From: Planctomycetota bacterium | GTDB lineage: Bacteria > Planctomycetota > MHYJ01 > WSZJ01 | Direction: 5' to 3' | Assembly: GCA_038060895.1 (NCBI GenBank) | Contig: JBBTCT010000024.1 | Coordinates: 32,001 to 96,000, forward strand | DNA length: 64,000 nucleotides | Shown: positions 19,219-28,851 of the stretch, piece after piece | How the letters are laid out: each line of letters begins with the position of its first letter | How positions within the stretch are numbered: position 1 is the first letter of the stretch | Position numbers and translations under genes: made by a program | The notes under the pieces: generated by a model | The model's input: only the letters and a program-made list of their open reading frames with translations | Told to the model about the DNA's origin: nothing | Database searches by the model: none

Positions 19219-22136
19219 TACTTCAACGGCACCCGCAGTAGTCTCTCGAACTCCTCCTTCTTCAAGTACCTCGCTCCTTCATGCGAGATGTCCTTCAACT
19301 GCCTCCCATCTTCATCAATCATCCGATCCAGCGGGAACGCTTCCACCGCCACCGCCCCGCCGCCTTTCGCCCCTGCATACGCCGCCACGATCGACGGCGT
19401 CCCTGGCTTCGTCGCATCCACGATGAAGATCCCGTCCGTAGTGGACATCACCACGAACCGCTGCAGGAACGGCGGGTTGTACGCGTGGATCACCGCGAGC
19501 GCGTCGTTCTTGTCCTGCGCCTGGATGCTCGACACGAACTGCGCCTTCTCGGGGTCCGTCACCTTGAGGCACATGAGCCGCCCCATCATGTTCCCGTCCT
19601 CCTGCGTGTACTCGAACGTGAACCAGACGTAGTCGTTCTCCTCCGTCGGGATCTGGCCGCCTTCGGAGCCGATGTCGAAGTGGCTCTCGAACGCGATCGC
19701 GCCGACGCGGGCGGTGCGGTAGCCCTTGAGCATGTCCTCGAAGCCGCGGATGAGCTTCATGGCGGACGGCTCCGTCGCGTCGAAGATGCGCAGGCCGTAC
19801 ACGTCGTCCGTCACGAACGCGAGCATCCTCGCCAGCGTGCGGTTCTTCTTCGCGGGGTTCGGCCTGGAATACTGGAAGTTGGTGATCACGCGCGTCGCCA
19901 TGCCGGCGGCCGTGGTCGCGCCGCGGCCTCCCGTCGCGCGCCCGAGCACTTTCGGCGCGGCCGCGTCGCCGACGTCGGCCGCAAGCAGACCGCCCTCGCC
20001 GTCGGCGATGTAGGCGATCGGGCCGTTCAGCGAAATGTCGCGCGCGTCGGTCGTCGCGAGCCGGCCGAGTTCTTTCGGCCTTGCGAGGTCCGAGATGTCC
20101 CAGATCGCCACGCCCTTCTTTCCTTCGCACACGTAGAGCCGCTTCCCTGCCGCCGCCATCATCTGGCCGTCCTCGCCGGGCATGCGGCCGACGACTTTCG
20201 GGAACGACGGGTTCTTGAGATCGACGATCGAGATCCCCTGCGTGGCGCTCGACACGAACGCGACTTCGCCGCGGCCGCTCACCGGGTCGGACAGAAGCAC
20301 CACCCCCCGCGCGTCCCGCACCGGCGCCGTCGCGACCGGCTTCGACTGGTCGGGCGTCTTGCGGTCGAACGCCACCACTTCAAGCCCGTTGGCCGTCGTG
20401 ACGTAGAAGAAATCGCGGAACAGCTTGTAGTTCTGCGACCCCAGCCCCCATGTCGCCGCGCTCCGGTGGCACTCCACGCACGTCCGCGCTTCCGGCCTCG
20501 TCGTGTGCGTCTGGTGGTGCACCATCGTCATCCCCGAGAGGCCGTTCGCGGTCTCGGGGAGACCCTGATCCACCAGAAATTTCCCCTTCTCGTCGCGCAC
20601 CGTGCACATCGTTGAAAACCCGACCATGTACGGCGAGATCATTCCTTCCGGGTTGTACCCCAACCGGAACTCGCGGTACGTCGCGAACACCTTCTCCAGC
20701 GTCGTCACCCGCCCCGACGTGCGATTGCCCGAGAGGATGTCGAGCTGGCTGAAGCCCTCGTTGCGGTCGAAGTGAAACCCGAAGAAGTTCGTGTTCCACC
20801 CGTTGTGGCACGTGTAGCACTCGAGCTTTGCGTGCTGCTGCGTCATCGCCTTCGCCGCCTTCTCGCTGTAGTGCGGCCGCCCCTTCGTCACCACGTCCTT
20901 CGCCTGCACGACCTCGTGCTCCTTGCCGTCCACCTTCGACGTCAGCACGAACTTGTCGCCGTCCTGCCGCACGTGGTCCAGCACCATCCCCTTCTCCGTC
21001 TTCAGCGTCGCGTACGCGTCCGGCGTCCCGTGGCACGTCGTGCACTCGATCTCGACCGCGTGCTCCATCTGCCCGTAGATGTTCCCGTCCCCCATCACGT
21101 CCTTCGCCGTGTGGCAGTCGATGCAGTGCATCCCCTTCTCGTGGTGCACGTCCGGCGGCGTCACCTTGTCGTCGCGCAGGTACCACAGGCCGTTCAGCCG
21201 GTACGGCGTCGACCCCGGCACCTGCGGCCCTCCCGGCGCGCCCGGCGGCAGCATCGCCATGCCGCGGTAATGCAGCCCGATCGAAGCGTCGCCATAGTGG
21301 CAGTGCGTGCAGGTCGTCGTCGGGATCGCGCTCGTGAGCTGGTGCCGGAGCGGGTGCCCGGCCTCGTACCGCGACACCGTCGGGTCGCCGGTCTCTGTCA
21401 GCCCGTCGTCGGCGTACGTCACGTGGCACGCGGCGCACCCTTCGCTCCGGTAGTCCCCGTCCATCCCCAGCCGCCCGCGCACCGCGCGACCCTTCCCCCA
21501 CAGGTGGCACTGCATGCACGACTTCCGGGGCACGTCCCTGTAGTGCGCCGCGATGTTCTTCGTCTCGCCGAAGTCCGCGAACGCCGGGATGCGCGAAAGC
21601 GACTTCACCGCGTGCGCCGGCACTTCCCCGTCGTCGTCCACCACGTCGAACACCCCGTGCCTCGGCGTCTTCGACTTGTCCACGCCATTCTCATACAGCC
21701 CGTCGCACAGGTGCCCCGCCGTCGTCCCGTGAAGGCTCTTCGGCACCGAGGAGCACTCCGTTTTGTGGCATTCACCGCATGTCTTCGACGCAATTCTCAG
21801 ATTGGTCGGGTTGACGAAGCGGATGTACTCCGGCTCGAAGTCCATCGCGACGACGCGCTCGTCAACCGGAAGCGCGCCCTTCGGCTTGACGTGCGCCGTC
21901 CCCTTGACCGTGGCCTTCCCGTCGCCGCCGTGGCATCCGACGCACGAGATCGGGAACCACGGGTGCATGTCCTCCGTCCCCTGGTGGCACGACAGGCAGC
22001 CCTTCGAGTCCGCGTTCTTGTCGTCCCCGGCCTCGCCGCCGTTCTCTGGCATCTGCCCGTCGGGCTCGGCGCGCAGAAGGGCCACGGCGGCGAGCAGCGC
22101 GGCGGCGAGGGAGGCGAAGAGGGCGGAACGCCTCAC
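19218..22136 (-). CDS. Decaheme cytochrome c fused to an LVIVD-like beta-propeller
   Basis: GTG start at 22136 gives a signal peptide; ten CxxCH motifs; repeats GISIVDLKNP, GVAIWDISD, GLLAADVGD, GLRIFDATEP, GIFIVDATKP. Confidence 0.85.
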   Translation of the reverse strand: MRRSALFASLAAALLAAVALLRAEPDGQMPENGGEAGDDKNADSKGCLSCHQGTEDMHPWFPISCVGCHGGDGKATVKGTAHVKPKGALPVDERVVAMDFEPEYIRFVNPTNLRIASKTCGECHKTECSSVPKSLHGTTAGHLCDGLYENGVDKSKTPRHGVFDVVDDDGEVPAHAVKSLSRIPAFADFGETKNIAAHYRDVPRKSCMQCHLWGKGRAVRGRLGMDGDYRSEGCAACHVTYADDGLTETGDPTVSRYEAGHPLRHQLTSAIPTTTCTHCHYGDASIGLHYRGMAMLPPGAPGGPQVPGSTPYRLNGLWYLRDDKVTPPDVHHEKGMHCIDCHTAKDVMGDGNIYGQMEHAVEIECTTCHGTPDAYATLKTEKGMVLDHVRQDGDKFVLTSKVDGKEHEVVQAKDVVTKGRPHYSEKAAKAMTQQHAKLECYTCHNGWNTNFFGFHFDRNEGFSQLDILSGNRTSGRVTTLEKVFATYREFRLGYNPEGMISPYMVGFSTMCTVRDEKGKFLVDQGLPETANGLSGMTMVHHQTHTTRPEARTCVECHRSAATWGLGSQNYKLFRDFFYVTTANGLEVVAFDRKTPDQSKPVATAPVRDARGVVLLSDPVSGRGEVAFVSSATQGISIVDLKNPSFPKVVGRMPGEDGQMMAAAGKRLYVCEGKKGVAIWDISDLARPKELGRLATTDARDISLNGPIAYIADGEGGLLAADVGDAAAPKVLGRATGGRGATTAAGMATRVITNFQYSRPNPAKKNRTLARMLAFVTDDVYGLRIFDATEPSAMKLIRGFEDMLKGYRTARVGAIAFESHFDIGSEGGQIPTEENDYVWFTFEYTQEDGNMMGRLMCLKVTDPEKAQFVSSIQAQDKNDALAVIHAYNPPFLQRFVVMSTTDGIFIVDATKPGTPSIVAAYAGAKGGGAVAVEAFPLDRMIDEDGRQLKDISHEGARYLKKEEFERLLRVPLK

Positions 22137-22193
22137 GCTGCGGCCTGCAAAAGGCACGCTTGACGCGGATCGCGACGCGCTACACTGGCGCCC

Positions 22194-22463
22194 ATGCTCA
22201 CCATCATCGGCCTCATCCTCATGGTCATCGGCGGGATCTGGGTCCTGATCGAAGCGTTCAAGGAGAGCATCCTCTGGGGTCTGGGCTGCATCTTCATCCC
22301 GCTCGTCAGCCTGATCTTCGTCATCATGCACTGGGACAAGGCGGGCAAGCCCTTCCTGATCCAGCTCGTCGGGATCGTGCTGTTCGCCGTCGGGGGCGGT
22401 TTCTCCGACAACCGGATGTCGAGCCTCGACCGCCCCTGTGCCTCCGTTTCCGTCCGCGCCTGA
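22194..22463 (+). CDS. Small three-helix membrane protein
   Basis: Hydrophobic 89 aa with AFKESILWGLGCIFIP…FVIMHWDKA; typical codon usage. Confidence 0.75.
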   Translation: MLTIIGLILMVIGGIWVLIEAFKESILWGLGCIFIPLVSLIFVIMHWDKAGKPFLIQLVGIVLFAVGGGFSDNRMSSLDRPCASVSVRA

Positions 22464-22472
22464 CGGACCCGG

Positions 22473-23645
22473 CTACCCGTACAGTTCCTTGAGCGCCTTC
22501 GCCTTTGCGTGCTCCGCCTTCGCGCCCATGAGCGCGCACATCGTCGGGGCGACGTCGATCGTCTGGAACTCGGCGAGCGACTGGCTGTTCTTCTTGAAGT
22601 CCGGGCCCGCCGCGAACATGCAGACCTTTCCGAGCTCGTCGGAGCGGTCGCCGTGGTCGAGGCCGTTGCGCTGGTTGAGGTCCTTGTCGCGGCCGAACTC
22701 GGGCAGGACGATCACGGTCGTCGTCTCCTTGAGCTCCGGGTCCATCTGGATCGCGTCCCAGAGCTTCCCGATCTCCGCGTCGTTCCGGCGGATGACCTCG
22801 ATGTAGGCGTTGATGCTGTTGTGCGCGACGTCGGCCTCCTGCAGCCCGATGCCAATGACGCGGGGCTTGAAGATGCGGAAGAGGTTCATGGCGACGCGGA
22901 TGGACTTGGCGTCTGCGGCGCCCGGCCCCGTGAGATTCGCGGTGTTGGCGCTGATCTCGTCGAGGATGAACTGCTTCACCTTGCGCTGCGTTTCAGCGTC
23001 GTTCTTGAGCGAGCCGTCGGCGATCTTCTTGACCTCCTCGGGGTCCATCGCGTCTTCCATTTTCTTCACGAGCGCCGCTTCGGCATCGTTCGCCTTCTTC
23101 GGCCGCCCGAACCTGTCGAGGATGTCGCGGAACTCGGCGTTGAAGATGCCGTCGCCGCTGATGAGGTTGGCGCCGTACTTCGCGCCGTAGTCCTTGTGGT
23201 CGCCGTAGGCGTAGTTGATCGTCTGCGCGCCGCCGGTCGTGGAGAGCCAGCAGTCCTTCGCGCCGAGGTCGAGCTGCTTTCTCAGGTATTCGAACACCGT
23301 CGGATTCTTGCCGCGCTGGTTCTCGCGGATCCCGAGTTCCTCGACGCAGCCCGTGAAGAGCCCCAGTGCCGCGCCGTAGTGACCGACGTTGCGGGCCTTC
23401 ATGTTAGGGGCAACGACGCCCGCCTTCGCGATGCGCATGAGATTCGGGATGTTCTCCGGCGTCCCGATCGTCTCCTTGCTCCGCACGCCGCCGGCGAAGG
23501 CGACGAGGATCACGCGCTTCGTTTTAAGCCCGGACCCGTTCTCGGCAAATGCGCGAGAGCTCTTGCTGAGCAGGCTCGGCAGGAAGGAAGTCGCGGCTGC
23601 AGCCGCGGTCGTCGTCTTCAGGAAGTCGCGTCGGGTCATCGGCAT
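22473..23645 (-). CDS. Tat-exported alkaline-phosphatase/sulfatase-superfamily protein (DUF1501-like)
   Basis: MTRRDFLK Tat motif; VILVAFAGG, EADVAH, PEFGRD…GLDHG; start reassigned to 23645. Confidence 0.72.
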   Translation of the reverse strand: MPMTRRDFLKTTTAAAAATSFLPSLLSKSSRAFAENGSGLKTKRVILVAFAGGVRSKETIGTPENIPNLMRIAKAGVVAPNMKARNVGHYGAALGLFTGCVEELGIRENQRGKNPTVFEYLRKQLDLGAKDCWLSTTGGAQTINYAYGDHKDYGAKYGANLISGDGIFNAEFRDILDRFGRPKKANDAEAALVKKMEDAMDPEEVKKIADGSLKNDAETQRKVKQFILDEISANTANLTGPGAADAKSIRVAMNLFRIFKPRVIGIGLQEADVAHNSINAYIEVIRRNDAEIGKLWDAIQMDPELKETTTVIVLPEFGRDKDLNQRNGLDHGDRSDELGKVCMFAAGPDFKKNSQSLAEFQTIDVAPTMCALMGAKAEHAKAKALKELYG

Positions 23646-23680
23646 GGTGGGGTCCTTACTTGGGAGGGTGGGGTGGGGGA

Positions 23681-23765
23681 GGTCGAAAGTCGAAGGTCTA
23701 AGGTCGAAGGCTACCAGCGTTGCAGGACGTCGTTCCCTTCGACCTTCGACATTCGACTTTCGACC
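23681..23765. repeat. Intergenic palindrome of GGTCGAA heptamers
   Basis: 30-bp arms 23681-23710 and 23736-23765 with 2 mismatches; short related remnant at about 32619-32635. Confidence 0.85.
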
Positions 23766-23791
23766 CTTGGAACGCGAGCCTGTCTTCCTCA

Positions 23792-25891
23792 TCAATAGTG
23801 CTGGTACTCCTCACTATCCACGATCGCCTGGATCGCAAGTTTCGGTTTTCCGTCCTTCACCACCGGCGCAAACACCGCCAGTTCCTTCTCGTTCGGCATC
23901 CGCCCCAGCATTCTGGCGTACAGGTCTTTCACCCACTGCCCGGAATCGCCGACCTTTCCGGCCTTCACCTGCTCGCTGTCCACCATCACCTTCGCCAGCA
24001 CGCTCCGGATCGGCGTCGGGTCGGCCAGCGCCTGCAGCGCGTTCCGGAACAGCCGGAACTCGTCATACGTCGCGCGCCGGCCCAGCAGGTCCGTGTACAA
24101 CCCCCGGATGAACTGGTGATCCGACTTCTTGCGGAGCTTCGACGCCCTCGCAATGTACGCGTCGTCCAGCATCCACTCCTTCATCACCTCGTGAAACGCC
24201 TTCGGGTCCGCCACGACGCGCTCCACGTTGTTCGCCAGCACGTTCGGACGGATCGCCGCCCCCGCGATCCGCTTGTGCAGCCGCTCCAGCACCAGCTCAT
24301 GGAAGCGCTTCTGCTTCATCACGATCGAAACGAGGTCGGCCTGGTTCCGGCCGGTCTCGCCGAAAAGCTTCCCTTCGTAGCCGTCGTACATCTGCTTGCC
24401 GACCTTGAGGAGCATCGGCTGGTCCTGCACGACCATGCCCAGCAGTTGCTCGAGGATGACCGTGACGTAGGTGTCGTTTCCGGGATTGCGGTGGTTGAAA
24501 TACTGGCAGATCACGATCTCGTGGATCGCGTCCGGGATCGTCATCGCGCCGGCCGACAGCTTCTTCGGGATCGACACCATCCGGTCCGTCGCCGGCCGGA
24601 AATTGTCCAGCAGCAGGAAGTAGTACACCTCTTCCTCGTACCACGTTTCAAAACACTCGACCGACCGGAGCAGGCGGTCCACCGTTCCTGCGCGCGTCTC
24701 CGCCGCCGCGCGCTGCACGTCGTCTTCCGTCGGCGAACGGCCGAGCAGGTCGAAGTGCACGTCGCGCGTGTAGCGCAGCTCGTCCGCGCTGAGGACCAGC
24801 CGGCCGCGCGGGTCCAGTTTCCCCTCGGCGCGCAGTTCCTCCGGGTCCCGGTCGCGACCTGCATACCGCACCGTCTTCGATTTCGCCGTGACCGCCGTCG
24901 GCTTTGCCGGCGCCTCCGTTCCCGAAGCAAGCAACTCCACGACCAGCTCACGGCCATCGGCGTATCCGTACTTGCGGCACCAGGCTTCCAGCGCCCGAAG
25001 CGCCGTTTCGGTCTTTGCCGCCTCGAGCTTCCGGGCGAAAATCGCGCCCCAGTCCGGCCTCATCGTCTCATCGCCGACCTTCAGCACTTCTTCAATGCCG
25101 TACGACTCGCGCACCGGCTTCCCGCTGACCACGCACTCCACTTCGATCTCGAACTTCGTCCGGCTCACTACTTTGCCGACGCGCGCGGTGCCGTCGCGGA
25201 AGCGGACGCGGACTTCTCCGTCGCGAGGCTCCTCCGGGTCCTGCAGGGCGCGCTTCGGCACCTCGGCCGGCTTGACGGGCTCAGGTTCGGGATCGGCAGG
25301 CGGCGCGACGGGTTCCGGCTTCGCGGGTGCGTTCGCGACGGGGACGGGCGGCCGTTCCTGCTTCGCGCCGCCGTCATACATGATGAAAACGACGAGCAAG
25401 CCCGCGGCGGCGAGGCCGCCCAGTCCGGCCATGGCGAGGAAGAGCGTCTTGCGAGAAGAGAGGTCCGGGATTTCGGTGGTGATCTCGTCGTCGGGAGCGT
25501 GCTCGGCGCGCGGCCCCTTGGGAATCCCGGGCGCGCCGGGCGCGGGGGGAACTTGCGGAACGTGTGCGGGCGAGATGCGCGTCGGCAGGTCATCCGGCGT
25601 CACGGCCTCGCCGGAGAATTCAAACTCCGCCTTCCCGCACCGGAAATGATCGCCCGGACGCAATGGGGCGCGCATCACCGGCCGGCCCTCGACGCGAATG
25701 CCGTTCTTGGACCCCAGATCCATGACGATCCAGACGCCCGCTTCGAATTCGACGGCCGCGTGCTGCCGCGAGAGCGTGGGGTGGTCCACGACGACCTGGC
25801 AATCGGTCCCGCGGCCAATGACGGTCCGGCCGGGGACAAGCGTGTGGTCCCACGAGTGACCGTCGGGCGTCGTGATGCGAAGGCGGGCCAT
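23792..25891 (-). CDS. FHA domain-TM-DUF1549/DUF1553-like protein
   Basis: FHA (IGR, LSRQHA, DLGSKNG); Pro-rich linker; TM; three motifs DLLGRSPTEDD, DLLGRRATYDE, RMLGRMPNEKE. Confidence 0.68.
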   Translation of the reverse strand: MARLRITTPDGHSWDHTLVPGRTVIGRGTDCQVVVDHPTLSRQHAAVEFEAGVWIVMDLGSKNGIRVEGRPVMRAPLRPGDHFRCGKAEFEFSGEAVTPDDLPTRISPAHVPQVPPAPGAPGIPKGPRAEHAPDDEITTEIPDLSSRKTLFLAMAGLGGLAAAGLLVVFIMYDGGAKQERPPVPVANAPAKPEPVAPPADPEPEPVKPAEVPKRALQDPEEPRDGEVRVRFRDGTARVGKVVSRTKFEIEVECVVSGKPVRESYGIEEVLKVGDETMRPDWGAIFARKLEAAKTETALRALEAWCRKYGYADGRELVVELLASGTEAPAKPTAVTAKSKTVRYAGRDRDPEELRAEGKLDPRGRLVLSADELRYTRDVHFDLLGRSPTEDDVQRAAAETRAGTVDRLLRSVECFETWYEEEVYYFLLLDNFRPATDRMVSIPKKLSAGAMTIPDAIHEIVICQYFNHRNPGNDTYVTVILEQLLGMVVQDQPMLLKVGKQMYDGYEGKLFGETGRNQADLVSIVMKQKRFHELVLERLHKRIAGAAIRPNVLANNVERVVADPKAFHEVMKEWMLDDAYIARASKLRKKSDHQFIRGLYTDLLGRRATYDEFRLFRNALQALADPTPIRSVLAKVMVDSEQVKAGKVGDSGQWVKDLYARMLGRMPNEKELAVFAPVVKDGKPKLAIQAIVDSEEYQHY

Positions 25892-26003
25892 GCGGCGCAG
25901 CCTATGGTACTCCCCCGGGGGGGATTCTAGAGGGGGAAGGGCCACCGGGAAACAATACAGCGGAAAGAGGCGGGTGGTTTCGCTCGAATCCGAGTCGAAT
26001 GGC

Positions 26004-26240
26004 TCAACTCTTGGGCGGCGGAAAGACCTTGAATATCAGGATCTGCACTCCCAGAAACACGGCAAACACTCCCAGGAAAACGAGCGCCGGGACGAGCAGT
26101 CCCGAGACCATCATCAGGCCCGAGATCGCCGCGATGACGACGCCGCCGATGGCGTAGATCGGGTTAAAGGGCTGTGTCAGTTCGGGCTCGCCTTCCTGGG
26201 GCGACGCTGCGTCTTCTTCCCGTGGTCTGTCCTCGAGCAA
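26004..26240 (-). CDS. Small two-TM membrane protein
   Basis: GGAGG RBS 5 nt before TTG at 26240; two hydrophobic helices. Confidence 0.6.
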   Translation of the reverse strand: MLEDRPREEDAASPQEGEPELTQPFNPIYAIGGVVIAAISGLMMVSGLLVPALVFLGVFAVFLGVQILIFKVFPPPKS

Positions 26241-26265
26241 GGCACCTCCGCAACGCAAAAGGCGG

Positions 26266-26348
26266 GGAGCCGCAGAGGACACAGAGCGCACAGAGAAATG
26301 CGATTTGAAATCGTCGTTCTCTGTGGCCTCTGTGCCCTCTGTGGCTCC
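26266..26348. repeat. Intergenic palindrome of CACAGAG-containing nonamers
   Basis: GGAGCCGCAGAGGACACAGAGCGCACAGAGAA versus TTCTCTGTGGCCTCTGTGCCCTCTGTGGCTCC. Confidence 0.85.
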
Positions 26349-26408
26349 GGTCGTTTTCAACCGCCGCCCCATGCTACCCCGCCCTCACACAGTGTTACAA
26401 TCCACCCC

Positions 26409-28805
26409 ATGGCACGCCCCGAACGCCGCCCCGACGACCCCGCCGCGTTCGTCTCCGATCACGTCCTCGCCGATCACGACGCGACGAGCGCGACCCTTTC
26501 CTACGACGAATACCTCCGCGCCCTGTCGGCCGACCCGTATCGCGCGACGCGCACCTCCTACCAGTACATCCGCGACGCCATCACGTCCTTCGGCACCGAC
26601 GTCGTCAAGGACATGGGCCGCAACTTCCCGCGCTTTACCCTCTTCTCCGATCCGTTTTTCGGCGGACAGAAGCGCGTCGTCGGCCAGATCCGCTCGATCG
26701 CGGCCCTCTACAAGCACATCGACGCGTGCGCGAAGCAGGAAGAAGACGAGTCGATCTACATCCTGGTCGGCCCGCCCGGGACCGGGAAAAGCCGGATCTT
26801 CACCCTGGTCGAAAAGGGACTCGAGGAGTACTCGCGCACGCCGGCCGGCGCCGTCCACACGCTCAACTGGCTCTTCTGCGAAAAATTCGAGATGGAAGGC
26901 GAGAGCCGCGGGCTCGGGTTCAGGAAGTTCGAAGACCTTGCGAGCGAGACGGAGTCGTACGCGCATCTGCCGGAGGACGCGATCTTCTCGAAGGTGGAGT
27001 GCCAGGTCCGCGACCACCCGCTCGCGCTGATCCCGCGCAAGATCCGCAAGGAAGCGATTGCGCGCGTGATCGACCAGCGGATTGAATCGCTGAAGCGCGA
27101 CCCGACCGATGCGGCGAAGGACGAGATCAAGCGGCTGCAGCAGATCGTGGTGCCGCAGAAGCTTGTCGAAGCGGAGCTCTGCCGGAACTGCCAGAACATC
27201 CGCGACCGGCTGCTCGAGCTGTACGAGGGCAACTGGGAAAAGATGACGAAGCACGTGCAGGTCATGCGCTGGCACTTCTCGCTCGAGATGGGGCGCGGGA
27301 TGGCCGAGGTTGATCCCGGCGTGAACGTCGAGACGGAGCTCTCCCCCGCTTCCCACGACGAAAACAAGTCCAACCTCTCCGGCCTCCTGCGCGGGATCCG
27401 GCTCTACACGTTCCACGGCAAGCCCGCGAGCGCGAACCGCGGGATGATCAATTACCAGGACATCTTCAACAAGAGCCACCAGCAGCTGCAGCACCTGCTC
27501 AGCGCGGTCGAGGAAAAGACGGTCAGCTTCGGCGACGTCACGCAGAAGGTGGACTACGCGATCTTCGGCTCGACGAACCTCCCCGAGAACAAGCTCCTCG
27601 AGGAGGACCTCCTCACCGAGGGGCTCCGCGACCGGATCGAGCAGATTCCGGTCCCCTACCTCCTGAACTTCCACGACGAAGAGCAGATCTACGAACCCAA
27701 CGTCCGCGAAATCCGGAAGTCCCAGCACGTCGCCCCCCACTCCATCCGCACCGGCGCGCTCTTCGCCGTCCTCTCCCGCCTCCGCAATTCCGGACTCGCC
27801 GAGTACTTCACCGGCGAGCGCCGCCGCATGCAGCAGTTCGAGCACGACAAGGCGAAGTTCGAATCGCGGAAATTCCTGCTCCTGAGGCAGGAAGAAGTCG
27901 TGAAGCGCATGACCCTCCTCCAGAAAGCCAAGCTCTATGCCGGCGACCTCCATTGGGTCAACCACGAGCGCACGGACATCCTCACCGACGCTTTCCTCTT
28001 CGCCATCCGGGAAGAACACCACAGCACCGAAGGCACAACCGGCCGCTCTCCGCGCTGGTTCAAGCGCATCCTCGGCCGCCTCTCGATGGACGAGAACAAC
28101 CGCTGCATCAATCCCTTCCAGGTCTACGCCCAGATCCACCTGACCACCGACGACGAGTCGCAGCCCCTGCTAGACATGGTGCAGGAAGAGTACAACCGCA
28201 ACGTCGTGAAGGAGTCGGAGGAAGCGCTGTTCGAAGTGACGGAGCAGGATCTACTGAAGCGCGTCGAGGGATTCCTCGAGCACGCGCGCGCCTACGTCCG
28301 CAAGGAATCGGTATTCGACGCGTTTCAGAAGAAGAACGTCGATCCCGAGGAGTACCTCGCGCGCGAAGAGGAGTTCCTCGATATAGCGCCGGGGCAGCGA
28401 AGCGACTTCCGCGTCTCGATGGTGCAGAAGTTCGGCAAGGCCGCCGTCGCCGCCGGGACGCGCCCGAATCCGCGAGACGCGGTCCCCGAGCTCTTCGACC
28501 GCTACCGCGACCGCCTCACGCGCTCCGTCCGCGACAAATTCAACTTCCAGGCGTTCCTCCTCGCGCTCGAGCGCTTCGATCCCGTGGAGCAGGACGCGTT
28601 CGCGGAAATCAAGCCGACTCCCGGCTCAAGCAGCGTGGAGAAGGCGACGAGCGAGGTCGCGCGCGTGCTGAACAACATGCGCAAGCGAAGCGCGGCGGCG
28701 ACGGGGAGCGATCGGGGGGGGTACTGCAATGACTGCGCGAAGAAGGTGATCAAGTACGTGCTCACGAATGAGAAAACGAGGGGGCACTTTGTTCCCGGTA
28801 AATAG
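26409..28805 (+). CDS. PrkA/YeaG-family AAA+ ATPase/serine protein kinase
   Basis: Walker A GPPGTGKS; DHPLALIP, ANRG, LRDRI, VPYLL…EEQIY, HVAPH, C-terminal GYCNDCA. Confidence 0.82.
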   Translation: MARPERRPDDPAAFVSDHVLADHDATSATLSYDEYLRALSADPYRATRTSYQYIRDAITSFGTDVVKDMGRNFPRFTLFSDPFFGGQKRVVGQIRSIAALYKHIDACAKQEEDESIYILVGPPGTGKSRIFTLVEKGLEEYSRTPAGAVHTLNWLFCEKFEMEGESRGLGFRKFEDLASETESYAHLPEDAIFSKVECQVRDHPLALIPRKIRKEAIARVIDQRIESLKRDPTDAAKDEIKRLQQIVVPQKLVEAELCRNCQNIRDRLLELYEGNWEKMTKHVQVMRWHFSLEMGRGMAEVDPGVNVETELSPASHDENKSNLSGLLRGIRLYTFHGKPASANRGMINYQDIFNKSHQQLQHLLSAVEEKTVSFGDVTQKVDYAIFGSTNLPENKLLEEDLLTEGLRDRIEQIPVPYLLNFHDEEQIYEPNVREIRKSQHVAPHSIRTGALFAVLSRLRNSGLAEYFTGERRRMQQFEHDKAKFESRKFLLLRQEEVVKRMTLLQKAKLYAGDLHWVNHERTDILTDAFLFAIREEHHSTEGTTGRSPRWFKRILGRLSMDENNRCINPFQVYAQIHLTTDDESQPLLDMVQEEYNRNVVKESEEALFEVTEQDLLKRVEGFLEHARAYVRKESVFDAFQKKNVDPEEYLAREEEFLDIAPGQRSDFRVSMVQKFGKAAVAAGTRPNPRDAVPELFDRYRDRLTRSVRDKFNFQAFLLALERFDPVEQDAFAEIKPTPGSSSVEKATSEVARVLNNMRKRSAAATGSDRGGYCNDCAKKVIKYVLTNEKTRGHFVPGK

Positions 28806-28851
28806 ACGACACGAAGAAACCCTGAAGAGTAAAACGGGAACGACGTTCGAT

